In this document: positions 27,979 through 42,006 of the stretch, one piece after another
How positions within the stretch are numbered: position 1 is the first letter of the stretch
How the letters are laid out: the number at the start of each line of letters is the position of its first letter
NCBI GenBank assembly: GCA_001938485.1
Contig: MQRK01254223.1
Location: 76,382 to 133,204 of the forward strand
Length of the DNA: 56,823 nt
Direction of reading: 5' to 3'
Source: Girardia tigrina
Taxonomy: Eukaryota
Made by a program: the position numbers and the translations under genes
The notes under the pieces: model-generated
Seen by the model: only the letters and a program-made list of their open reading frames with translations
What the model was told of the DNA's origin: nothing
The model's database searches: none

Positions 27979-30900
27979 CAACAATTTTATTCAAGAATAT
28001 TATGTAGATTGAATCCATGAAAAAAAGATGATAAATTAACCCTAAAATATAACAGTTGTTCAGCAGTCAAAATGACACGAAACGACATTATGTAAAAAAA
28101 TATAATATATTTTGTATATTATTAAGTCGGTCTTAATAATCCAAAATTGTTCTTCATGTAGAGGAGAAAATTATTGTTTTAGTTAGAATCAATTTAATAT
28201 TTGTCCAAAACAAGTCACGAACTAAGGTCACAAAAAGTTTAATTGTCAAAACGTAGTGTACATCAAGTTTATTACTTTCAAAGTATTCCTCTTGTGTATT
28301 ATTGTGCTTGTATCTGTTTCCATTCAAAACATTCAAGAAAATCATCAGAAGTCAAGCTCCTCAGATACCTTATTTTTTTCATTTTTTCGTCTCCAAATCA
28401 TTCCTGTGCTACTCACTCATGACCCTTATACTTGGCAAGGAGTACAATTTAGTGAATAAAGAGGGTGATCTAGCGTTGTGATCAAATTAAGGATTAGAAA
28501 AGTAAGGAAATTGATTGCAGAATGAGCGGGTGCATTATCGTTATAAAGAAGCCTTTCATCAACATCACGCAGTCATCAGAATTTATTCCTATGGCGATTG
28601 TTAAGCCAAACGATTGCACACTTTCGATATTTCCATCAACATTTAAGGTCGTCAGTCATGCTGGCCCTACATTATCCTTGCAGTCTTTAGTGCCTTTTTT
28701 GAAATGCACTTAAAATGGACTGTGTTTTAAATAGTTATGTCTACATTCAGCCATTAAAATATGAACTTCTTGGGAGTGCTTAATCCAAAATTTAATATTA
28801 AGTCATTATTTTATTAGTTCATCAATTTTTAAAGCCTAAAAGAAAAAACCAGACTTTACCCCACACTTACCAAAACGGCCTCACATTTGAAAAGGGGTCA
28901 GTAAGTTTTGTTAACATATTGCAAGAAAAAACTTTAATATGATGAGAGTATGAATTAGAAAACTTAAATTTTCGGTTGTGAAAAAGATATGCTTGTATAG
29001 AAAAAAAAGAAAAATAAAATTTCTGCATTGGTTGATTGAAAACCGAAATTATATGAAGTATTTTTACGAAAACTTTAATTGCCTTTATCCATAGTACCTT
29101 ACTAGGGGCGTCCATAAACGAAAAGGCAATGTAGTTGCCAACAGTCGCTTACTCGACAATGTTGCTGATTGAACCTTGAATGAAACTATGGTTTAATGTT
29201 TGTGAAACAAATGAAATAAAATTGGATATGTTCTCATTTGTGTTCTCATAATTTATAAATTGCTGGAAGAACATTCTAATAATCTGAGACTCGGTTCGAA
29301 ATGAGATCTGATATTAATTGAAAACTCAACACAAGTATGTATTTAGACAAAAAAAATCAGAAAATTTTTTTTGGAATAAAATAAATAAATAATAAAATGA
29401 TCAAAGAATCAAACGCAAAAAAATTAAATTTTTCTTATAAAAAATAAAAATATAATTCATCATTAAATATTATCAAAGTGTTCAATTCGTTTGAAGTTGA
29501 ATATACAAAGTAATAAAATGGTTGCTGAGATCAAACAAAAGAAACATTTGCTAATTTTATTTTAAAGAAGATGAATCTTAAAAATGTACATTTTAAAAAG
29601 CCATTCTCAAAAAAAGATTAAATGATGGCGATAGATAAAGAATTATGTCAATCTCTTAGTCCATTATCCGATTTTCTTATGATATTTTTTTATGATTTTT
29701 TCTTTGTATTGCGGAATTTTTTGATAAAATTCACGTCACTTTATTCTTTTGAGTATTTTTGCAAACTTGACTGTAAGGAATCACGACGATTTAATAAATT
29801 TGATATAAATCCTCAAATAGAAAGAAATTTTCTGATAATAAGTCCGTATTATAATTATTATCCCAAAGATCCAAGTAAGTTTTTAAATCGTAATTGATTT
29901 TTTTTAAATTGTCAATTATTAATTATTATTATAATTATCATAATTATTTAATTAGGAGAGGAGGAAAACTACTTTCTCTCCTCATTAATTTCCTTGTTTT
30001 CTTCCTATTAGAGGTTCTTGGAAAATCGTCGGAATTATTAGTATCAGACATTAAAACTTTTATTATACCACAAAAAAATGTTTAAATCTAATATTTAAAC
30101 AAATTTATTTTTTTTGAGAAACTATTTGTTTCATAAATCTTAAACCGATATAGATAAAAAATACATATAAATATTCATATTTGCTTTTTTTATTACTTCT
30201 ATAATTACGATAACACTAAAATATTTAATCGTTTCATTTAATTTTATTACTTTTTTAAAATCGTTTCACATAAAAATTATACACTNNNNNNNNNNNNNNN
30301 NNNNNNNNNNNNNNNNNNNAAAAATTTTTATTAGCAATTTAATTGATCTTAATTTTAGTAATTTTATTTTTTCGAATGTTACATATTTAATTATATAAAA
30401 ATTTTAATTTGTACATATTTAATATAACTTTCTTTCAATAATTTTCCTAACATTTTTAATTCCTAACACTTCCTTTTTCTATTTTCTTTCTCTCTTTCTC
30501 CTCCAAATCAAATTAATCTTTCTTTCCTTGTTAAAAAAATTAAAAAAACTCTACAATCACAAAAATATTTAAAAAAATATTATTAATAAAAAAAAATTTT
30601 ATAAAAACAACCACGTTTTTCAAGCATTACCAATGCACTAAAAAGAGGAAAATGATTTTTTTTCTAGACATGTGCGAAATTTTATACCTAACCAAAAACG
30701 TGGGGCGGATTTCTGAATTACTACTATTAGTAACTGCTATTTCCTCTTTACTGCTTTTTAGTAACAATCGATCATTTCTATGCCCCACCTTTTTGGTTGG
30801 GTATAAAATTTCGCACATGTCTAGAAAAAAATTATTTTCCTCTTTTAGTGCATTGGTAATGCTTGAAAAACGTGGTTGTTTTTATAAACAATTTTTTTTA

Positions 30901-33900
30901 TTAATAATATTATTTTACTATTTTTAGTTATCATTTATGAATTCAAATCTTTCGATTGATTTCGAATAACAGAAATGATAATAAAACCAAAATAATAAAG
31001 TGTTATTTTAATAAAAGCAAGTTTTATTTCAAAATAATTTTTAAACCTAATTTTAATACTTCTATACTTAATTATCACTTGATTTTCACAATATTTGTTC
31101 AATTTATTAATTTTTTCCGTACATCCGTAAAGTAAATGTTTTAAAATATTGTATTGTCACCGGAAGCAAGCCTGTATAAAAAAATTCAGCTCAATAGGAT
31201 GACTGAAAGTGGTCGAAAAATCAATCGCAAGATTTGTTCCAGACAAACAGACAGACAGACAGACTAGAAACCAAGCTAAGAAAAACGTGGTAATGACAAA
31301 AAATGCATAAGAGTTAAACATACACATAAAATAAAAATGTATATTTACATAAAGTTCCTGGTTTTTCAACTCTTCGCGGTCACGAGGAAAATATAATGAA
31401 TTCAGAAGGTATGTCAAAATTTTTTGAGTCTTCTCAAATTAATAGCACAATATGATTCACTTCTCGAAAGTCATTTGATTCACTCGTGCGTCTATCACTC
31501 ACAGTCTATCAGAAGTGGAAAGAAAAAGTATCTTGAATGAGGATTGGAAATAAAAAAATGTACGTCGTGTCAAAATGACATATGGAGAAAAAACTCTTGA
31601 TTCTGGATTAAAATCAGAAGATGAATTGGATCATGTATTGAAATGTACAGTTGATCAATTTATTCAAGAAGTTACACATTTCAGCAAACTTAATTCGTTG
31701 AATGAAAAATTTGGATATTTCCTCGATGTTGAGCATTTAATGGAATGCAATGATGCAATTAAATTAAAGGAAAAGTGCTTAAGTTTAGAAACAACTTATA
31801 ATTCTGTGTGAAGCCCGTTTAAATGATTTAGCACTATACTTATTTAGATCTATACTTAGTATCGAGAAAAGTACTATTGAAAAAATCAATTTTGATGACG
31901 TCATTGATAAATTTGCAGGCGTTTAAGCATGTAAAATTTGTTTATAAAATAATAGAGCTTTAATTAATATTTTTCAAAAATCTAGTTTTTTTTTACTTAC
32001 ATACTAATTTTAACGTATAAAAGAGTTGAAATGGGTTTAAAATTTGCTTATTTTGTATGAGAAAAATTGATAGTTGTTTTCTTTATGAACAGTAACTGTT
32101 AAAAAAATTTTAGTTTAAGTGGATGGAGGAAGGAAGCGCAAATTCATACTTTGCCCCGGGCACCGGAAACCCTAGATATAATACATATTCATGACATTAA
32201 TAGCGTAAAAATATTGTATTTAAATCTTGTTTTATTAATCAAATGCGATGAAAAATAGAATATTTATGTGTAAAAGGGACTTTTATGTCCAAAAATTCCA
32301 GAAATTGTCTACTAACTAAATAACGGACGTTATGTTAAATGAATTCTGTTAATTACATCCGGTTAAAATAAATCCAAATTTCTGAACGATTGTTATCACT
32401 GACAAATGTGGACAAAATCATTTAAAAAATCTTTAATCTCTTTTATGAAACGGAAATAAGTTATTTTCATAAATATTATTGACAAAAGTTAAAACAAAAA
32501 TATTTATTATTTTATTTTTTTAAAAATAAAACCAATTCGAAAAACAAAAATGTCATTCAATCATCATTTTATCTAATTTAATGATAGAAAATGCACATAA
32601 ATTAAAATTAATTGTTTCATTAAAATGCATTTTATATTTTTTAATATTTTTTTCAGTGTTTTTTTGCAAATAATTTCCAAAAATATAATTTTGGGAAAAA
32701 AATAATAAATTTTTTTCTCTGTATAAATTTTTATATTTGTTTTATTTTTTCAATATTTATACAAATGTTTTTATTTAATTATTTTATCAAACGATATTGA
32801 GATTATTAAATATAATTTATCGGTTAATTTAATACGTAAGGGATTTGGTAAATATTTTTTCTCTAGTTTACAAAAGAAATATAATTATTTGTTTTAATTT
32901 TGATAATACGATTTTTTTTAAATAAAAAAGAATTTATTGAATATTCTTTTTTTGATTTATATAAATTAGCCATAAAATTCACTTTAGCTTGAGTTTGGCA
33001 ATTTTCCAAATCTTCCGGAGAAATAGAAATAATGTCCAGCAAATAAATGTGTTCAGCCACACGGTTCACTTCCCTTTTGAGGTTGTCGAGACGCGGCTCA
33101 AAGTCTGCTGGTCGAGAATATCTTGAAAACAAGTCTTTGAGTGGTCGAAATGATTTCTTGAAATATACAAATTACAAATACATTGATTATATATATTAAA
33201 TTTATGAAAATCAAACGACTTTTTTTATAAATAAAATTATTAATACAAATTAAAATATACTTCCTCCGTCCGGAAATATGGTATACATTTGTATACCAAA
33301 ATGTATACTAAAATGTATACCATATTTCCGGACGGATGGAGTATCATTTTATCTAAATAATCTGATTTGCTCAAGAGCTTTAGTATCATCACAACATTTA
33401 AAACAATTTCTGAGTTGCTTATTATCGTTGGATAATAACACTGGGTAACAAGGTTTTTAAGTCCCAAAAGTTTATACCTGTTCTAAGATAATACAAGCAT
33501 GCTGATTACGAAAATGAAGTCCATTTACTTCTCTAACATCAAGATTTTTATATTTCAAAAAATTGAAAAAATGGTTAATGTAACGGTATACATATCAATT
33601 AATTCACATAATATGTAGACCACAACCATATACACCTTTTGCGCCTTTGGGACAGCCGGGATGATGTCCACTATTAAACACAAAAGGAGTGAGAGAAAAT
33701 TTTGTACCTGAAAAAGAGAATGTGAATAACTGTTCACTTATTTACACTTGCAAAGTATTTTTACCTCTATTAAGAACATTAATTGAATTTTCATTACATT
33801 TATTTGCATCACAATTTGAATTGTTACTAGAACAATTCTCCGTAAAACTTGCGTAGCTCGACAGCGTTCTTGATTGATAATTTTTTTAATAATATTATTT

Positions 33901-36900
33901 AACGTCTTATTATTCGAACAAATTTAAATTACAATTTAATTATTACAAAAATAATTTATACTTTGAAGTAAAATAAATTTTATTTATTTTAAGAAAATTT
34001 TTAATAAAATATTATTTATGAAATATTAATTTAATATTAAAATTGGTTGTTTAAATTTTAATAATTGATTAAATAATCCGACGTTTTAAAATATTTAAAA
34101 TATCAATATTCCATCAGGGTGGAGAAACACAATCCTAAAACAACACACCATACATACAATAAGTACCATTCAAAATATTCCTCACAACCACATCTTCATA
34201 CCAAACTCGGATTAATGAAAAATTTTGTTAAGGGATTTGACAAAGAAGAATGATGCTTTAAGTATTTAGAAGAAACTTTTCCGGAAATGAGTGCTGCGAA
34301 ATTAAGAGAAGAAATCTTTGTCGGAACCCAAATATGCAAAGTTCTAAAGGATCGATGCTTTGTCCTATTCATCTATCTCATTTCAGATTTTACAAAGGAA
34401 ATGTTCTCAAAAAAAACTTATTAAAAAACACTTTGAATACGAAAATGGACAAAAAACAATTTCTGTGACTGAAAAACTTGACGTTATACAGAAATTCTGA
34501 AGCTATTTTTGAAAATAGCATATTCGATTTACCTCTAAACACTTTTTAATTTTCCAGACTTATGAAAAGAAATGTTTTTGTTACCCAGTGTAATTGATAA
34601 TTTAAAAAAGAAGGATCTCCATAATTGCTGTGAACGTTTTTTTCTATCTCGAATACTTCTGAATGTCTCTGAAGAACCAAATGGTGGATGCATAATCTCA
34701 ACTGTAAAGTGAATGAACCACAGGTGTTAATTCTGCAACTTCTATTGTGTCAGAGGAAGTCCTGTCCTATACATTTACGGGAAGCATAGTTGGTCTTTTT
34801 TGTCGGACGGTTGTAATAAGATTACTGTAGTATGTAGAGTTGATTTTTTCACCTTAATCTAAAATTTTGATGTGAATATAAAAAGTATCACCACACATCT
34901 GTAAATCGTCAAATACCTCTTCTTCTTGGCAATTTACACTATACCAACTAATGTTTGGTTTCAGGCCCCCACATACTTAAAAGTACTTCATCCTCCGTAA
35001 TTAAAATATCTAATAAAATCTCATTATGTTTGTCATAACAGGTCAAGTTGTTTTTTCAACTTTTTCTTTGATTCAACTTCATCTCACCATTCAAGAATAT
35101 GTGATCAAATATGGAACCTGGTTTTCTGAAGCTAGATGTGTTCAATTTTGTGAAGATCGTTCCAAGGCTGAGGTTCAATATAGCAACTAGTGATATCGTG
35201 ATGGTTAGACTTTTTATGAATTATTATCTTCAATTTTTCAGTTTCAAGTTTCGATCGGAGCGTCTCCTCTTTCTTCATCAAAAACGGAGATATTTCCACC
35301 TTTTAACCTCTCTACCAAGTATTTCATATTTATTAGATTTGGACAATCGTCCAGGTTTCTTAGACTCATATTCGTTTGTAAAACTAAAACTGTTAACACT
35401 GTGTTACTGGAACTCTGAAATTGTGCTTAAGATAAAAATTTAAATTTGCGTTGAAATATCTTTAATAAAGATTGCTAAAGAAAAAACAAAACTAATATTT
35501 AAAACTAAATTTAATAAAAGTGATCTTGCAAAAACGTATTACGTCTTTAAACACATTTTTCCTTATAAGATTTGCAACTTTTTCAATACGCTAAGTATTT
35601 CTTGAATATATATTATTTTTTAATCTTTAAAATAATTACAGATTGAATTAAAATATCTGATAAAAAATAATATTCTTTCAGATCTTTTAATTTTAATTTA
35701 AAAACCCACTTGTAATTTTAATCTTTGTAAACGGAATCTTTCGCTTGTTTCCTTTTTCCCTTGATATAATTTTCCTTTTTCCAGGTCTTCCAGTTCCACT
35801 AAAAACTTTTCCCATTCGGAAAAATTAAGTTTGAGAATTTCAAACTCCTCGGGCATATCAGCTCCAAGAAGATCTGCCGTGATTCTTGATTTTAGAAGAT
35901 TTGAAGTATCATCAATCCAAACTGTCATTTGAGTAACTCGCTTTTCTACGGATTGGACATGTTCTAATAATTGTTGCAAACTACCAAGACGTAAGTTGGC
36001 CTAAATACAAGATTCTTTAAACAACGTACCGAACTTAATATAATAAATCATACTTTATTCTTAATTATAACCGATTTTTCTTTAATCTGTTCAATTTCCA
36101 TGCTAACACTTCTTTCCAAAACTCTTGCATTCATTAAGGAAAATTTCAGATCTTCTAATCTATTAAAGTCTTCTTCTGAATGATCGCAAACGACTCTTTC
36201 AATCTCCTGATTATGTGAGATATTATAATATGTTTGAATTAATTAATAAAATACATCTATATTTTCGGAAAGCTTTTCAACATCCAAATGGTCACAAGAA
36301 AGAGATTGTTGCATAACTCGATCAACTTTTCCTAACCATTTGTCTTCATCAGATAAAATACCTAAAATTATTCATTTTTCTCTTTTAGTATTGATAAACC
36401 TAAAATTACTTTTAACGTCTTTCAAATGATACTCGGACTCTTTATATCGTTGATATTCTGAATCTAAAAAGTCACAGAATTTGTAGCAATTTTCATTAAC
36501 ATGATCATAGGCCGGAGTTGAATTGATTTCCTTCAGTTTTTCGATGTATGCCTGTTTGGAGTTTTGCATTTCCTAAAGAAAGAAAGATTTAATCAATAAA
36601 TGTAATGATCATTATAAATCTCTTCAATCTATCTAAATGTTATTCTTTATATATCAGTGACGGGTCTCGGTATGCTGGTTTATCTATGTATGTTAAGGTT
36701 CTTCTGTGTATAACAAATGAGTAGCATGAAAGCAATTAAATAATGATAGACCTACTATAAGAAAGCTTACTTATCGGTTCTGATAAAAACGTCTTTTCTG
36801 TTAAGAAAATTTTAAAAGTGAATAATTAAACCAAACAAACGTAACACTAATATTAATATTTAACTGAATCACTCACAAATAAATATAAAAGTAACAGTGT

Positions 36901-39900
36901 TTATAAAAATATATTTATAAAAAGAAGAACTGTTTGAATAGTAAAGTTGATGTGTGTAATTTTAAGATTTTGTGTTCACAATTTGATAATTACTGGGAGC
37001 GGGTGATGTGTGAAGCATTGTTGATCAGATCTTTTGATCCTAAAATCAATGTCCAAACACCATCCTCTTCAACTTTATTGAAAGTATTTTCATGATTTAA
37101 ATGACATAATGATTACATAAACATTGCTTTGATATATAAACGCGAGTATATCGTTGTTAATTCAGTCTGATGATGACGGTCGATCCGTCGAAATTAATCA
37201 CAATATATTTTGACGAAATGTTTTGACTTATAAGTAATATTACATCATTATATTGTACATTATATAATTTATCTATCATTACCGAACTTGGACTTTTAAA
37301 GTCTTTATTGTTTTCAGGATTTTGTAACTTTTCTAGACTTTCTAATCGATCATATTCCACTGAATGCTATTTTTTTGAATATCTCTAAATATTTGTTTAA
37401 TATTTCTAATGGTCCTTTGATTTGAAGAAGCGATTCTGTTTGATTCCTTCAGTTTTCGATTACAACTAAAAGATGGCGAAATATTTCAGTCATTATTAAT
37501 ATTCAGTCGCCAATATGAGAATCAACATCGTTTTTCGCCTTTATTACTATTGAAATTCTCATTTCGTTTTTATAAATAAGGGACTGTAATCATTTTTTTA
37601 TTATAGATACATTTCCTTTTAATTATCACTTTAATCATTTAATGTTTTGTCCATCCCAATTATAAAATTTATTTAGGAATAAATTGCAGTTTCATTTTTT
37701 TACAAAAATTATTTTTTCAGCCTCGTCTAAAGAAATTCTAATTTTCCATGTCAAAATTTTGCTTCTTGTTGAGGAAGGGAATTTCCAATTCGATACATAT
37801 ATTAATTTACCATGTAGATTATCGAAATTCCTAATTTCGGTCCTAGAAAACCGACATGCTAAATTTTGATATGAATGATTTTATAATTAATAGTTTTGAT
37901 AGAGAAAGTTGATATTTACAGAATTTTTGACAAGAGGAATTTAAATCAGTACCGAAATATTAATATTTCATATTTCAGAATTTGGATACATAATATAAAT
38001 GTATATGTTAAATCAGTTTATTGCCATGATGATTTGTCCGAATGTGTCCAGTTGGTCAATGTTGTCGATATTTGTATATTGTCCCAATGTGTCCGTAATA
38101 ATGTCAATCCAATAGAGAGTTAGTAAAGATTTTCAATTCTCCAAATAATTTATAAAAAGTTTTNNNNNNNNNNNNNNNNNNNNNNNNNNNNNNNNNNNNN
38201 NNNNNNNNNNNNNNNNNNNNNNNNNNNNNNNNNNNNNNNNNNNNNNNNNNNNNNNNNNNNNNNNNNNNNNNNNNNNNNNNNNNNNNNNNNNNNNNNNNNN
38301 NNNNNNAAATTTAATAAGTTAAAATCGTTTACTGAAAATATTATTAAAATTCATAATTATCAAACTTTAATTAATTAGTACTTAAAATTGATATCATTAA
38401 ATTAATTTCATTAGATTCAAATAATTAATCAATAACATATCAATCCCATCTGAGTAGGAGATTCACAAATCTAAACAGCATATAAACAACAAACTTACAA
38501 CATTCCAAATTATCCCTCACAAGTTTAAAAGGATTTTTTTTCAAAAAAATAACAACAATTAGAAAAACAAAAATCGTAAGTTAAGAAGTTTAAATTAATT
38601 AAAACCGACTTTCTTTAAAAAGTAAATGTTTAGTAAAAATTTTAAAATAAATAATAAAAACAATAAATGGGGTAAAATTAATAATGTATAACAAAATTAT
38701 TTTGGAAGAAATTAAAGTTACGTTAAATATATTTTAATGAAATTATTTTGAAAATAAAAAAGTTTATTATAAATTAAATTTAAAATATGTTAAATATTTT
38801 TTTTAACAAAAGTACAAATTTGATTTTAACATTTAATAAATGGATTTTGACGAAATGAATAAATTAACGAGAAGAAATTTGTTTAAGTTTTGTGTAATTT
38901 TCATTAATAAATTTTCGAGTGAAATTATGACATTATCGAAGATAATGTCAATGCAACCAACATTTGACAAGAGGAATGTCAATCAGTACAAAAATATTGG
39001 TATTTGGTATTGTAGAATTCGGATATATAACACAAATGTATATGTTCAATCAATTTATTACCATGACCATTTGTCCGAATGTGTTCAGTTGTTCAATGTT
39101 GTCGATATTGGTATATTGTCCCAATGCATCCGTACTAACTTCAATCCAATCCAGTATCTCCGATATTACCTTTTGATCACGACTTTCTTCGGAATCTGTG
39201 TTTCTTGACTGGTTAATCAATTCTTCTGGTTTATCTAAAATATTAAATCTGTAATTTATTTTTGTATTATTAATCCCTCACCTAAAGATTCTGTAGAGAA
39301 ATTTGAATGTTCCATATCAATGTCAATTAGACTGTCTTCTGTTCTCGAGTCTGACTCGACAATAATTGCTACCTGTTGAGGGGTTACTTTCATTTTCGGA
39401 TTGACAGGAATATTTGGTTTATTCATAACGTTTTGAAGATAATTCTTAAAAGTTAGATATCTTTGATGAAGAGTATCCCATTTTTTTTGTAAATCATTCT
39501 TTTTTAAATGCATTTCCAATCTGAGATCTTTTTCAAAATAAGCTTCCAGATTAACTGTTGATATTTCAATATTCTTTAATGTCGGTATGAGATTCTCCAT
39601 ATCTTCAATTCCAGCTTCAGTTTCTTTTATTGTCTCAATAATTATATCAGTCTCTGTGTATTCCTGATGTTCACATTCATCTAAATAGCTCCCAACTTCA
39701 TCCAGCCACCGATCGAACTCAATTGTTTGATTCTAATAATTTAAAATTAAAAAAATAGTATTTTTTAGACAATATTATACTTTCCATTGAAGAGATCTTT
39801 CCGATAAATCTTTCAAGAAGCTTATTCTTTTTTCAAGTCGTACCCCGACACTTTTGAAGGATTTTTGCATTTCAAATAATACTTTATACCGTCTTGATGA

Positions 39901-41974
39901 AGAATCTGGGGTCGGGATTTTATTCAACAATTCCAATTGATTCTCGTATTTTATAAGTAAATCCTAATATATGGTTCCATCAATACTCAGTAATTGAAAA
40001 AAAATTATTATTATTTTTTGAAAATTATAACTTATTTATTTATAATTTATAACAGCCAATCTAAATGTAATTATATATGTAAACTGAATCATATTAGGTT
40101 GGTCGAAAGATAATGGCGGTTTTGGGACACAAACTTCAAAGACGTGCAAATTAACAGAAACAAAAGTTTATTAATCAAAGTATGAACCGTTGGCATCAAT
40201 ACATTTTTGCCAACGAGAAACAAGTTGTTTTATTCCATCAGCATAAAATGCATCGGTTCTCGAAGCGACGAATTCTTAAAGGCATTTTGAGCATCATTTT
40301 GGTTTTTAGGTCTGGTGAATATGGTGGATGAAGCAGGGTTTCATAGCCCAACTCATTAAGCTTTTGAAGAATCACTTTTGAAATATGAGTTCTAGCGTAA
40401 TCTTGAAGAAGGATGGGACTTTTTCGATTGACCAATCCCGGACAAAGGGTTTTCAATTTTTTATGCATTTCAGCAATTTCATGACAGTACCTCTCCGCTG
40501 TGATTGTTTCATCTGGATTATAGAAACTATAGTGGATGATTCCAGCATCACACCACCAAACTGTCACCATAACCTTACGGGGTGTTAGTTTCGGTTTTGG
40601 AAAGGGTTTCGGTACTTCATCTTTGTCCAACCACTGTGCAGATCGACGTCGGTTATCATACAGGATCCATTTCTCATCACAGGTAACAATACGATCAAGA
40701 AATGAATCATTTTTATTGCAAAGATGATTGGCAGAACAAATTTCATAGCGTCGGTTCTTTTGATTTTCATTCAAATCATGTGGAACCCATTTATCAAGTT
40801 TCTTTATTTTTCCAAGTTGTTTTAAATGATCCAGGACTGNNNNNNNNNNNNNNNNNNNNNNNNNNNNNNNNNNNNNNNNNNNNNNNNNNNNNNNNNNNNN
40901 NNNNNNNNNNNNNNNNNNNNNNNNNGACCACGACCTTCTTCATCTTCAAGGTTTTCATCTCCATCAGAAAATTTTCGGAACCATCGTTGCACTGTGCGCT
41001 CAGCAGCTGTTCCCTTGTCAAACGCTTTATTGGTATTGCGAGCCGTTTGTGCTGCTTTACGACCCAGTTTAAATTCGTACAACAAAATTGCTGGAATTTT
41101 AATTTTTTCCATTATTAATTTAGCACCGTAAATATTCTAAAAAATAACAACAATATGTTAATAATGGCTATAGGAATATACAGCTAGGCATAAGATTTCA
41201 AATAATATCTAACACTAATGTATTTAAACTTATATACATATTAAAGTAGATAAACAAAGTATAAAGCTAAAAAACCATCATTATTTTTCGACCAACCTAA
41301 TATATAGTATCGAATGTAAACTTTGGAAATTTTGTCAAAAATAGATTACGATCTGAATGCACTTGAAGTATGGAACTAGGAATGCCGAGAAACTACGAGT
41401 GAAACCGTCTAGAATATTTTAATGTAGCACTAAAGTTGGCATAAATTTATATGTTTTTACTGCATACGGAGAAGCCCCCACAGCAGAAACAAAATAGTTA
41501 ATTTCCATGTCTTATGTTAAAGTAGGACTAGATTAGTGAAATTAAAACATCATATTTGCACATACTTAATGGTTTTTTGAATTCACATTATTATTTGATG
41601 TTGAGATTATATACTCAAATTGTGGCACGCGTACCCGTAGTGACACAGAAGTTAATTTTCATGGTGTATATAGGTACAGCAAATAAGTGATAAGAAAAAT
41701 ACTGAAAATACTGCAACACAAACATTCAGTCACAATCATTCATTATCTACCTTTATTGGAGGATTAATCATAAATAAGCTTTCAGAACCGTTTGAGATAC
41801 TACTAACATTTTTTGCTGTAATGTTAATTAAAAATAAATATTTACTGTGTGGCATCCTTATTTTGGTTTTCCTTAGATGGACTGATAATGTATTCATATA
41901 TATATATATANNNNNNNNNNNNNNNNNNNNNNNNNNNNNNNNNNNNNNNNNNNNNNNNNNTATGTATGTATAAT

Positions 41975-42006
<32 letters not shown>

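Noticed and set aside
22429-30085. Many 60-90 aa I/F/L/K/N-rich ORFs in the supplied track (e.g. 22429, 29622, 29894) and antisense ORFs over transposases and exons
   Set aside because: Expected by chance in AT-rich DNA or as shadows of real frames; no motifs or splice support.
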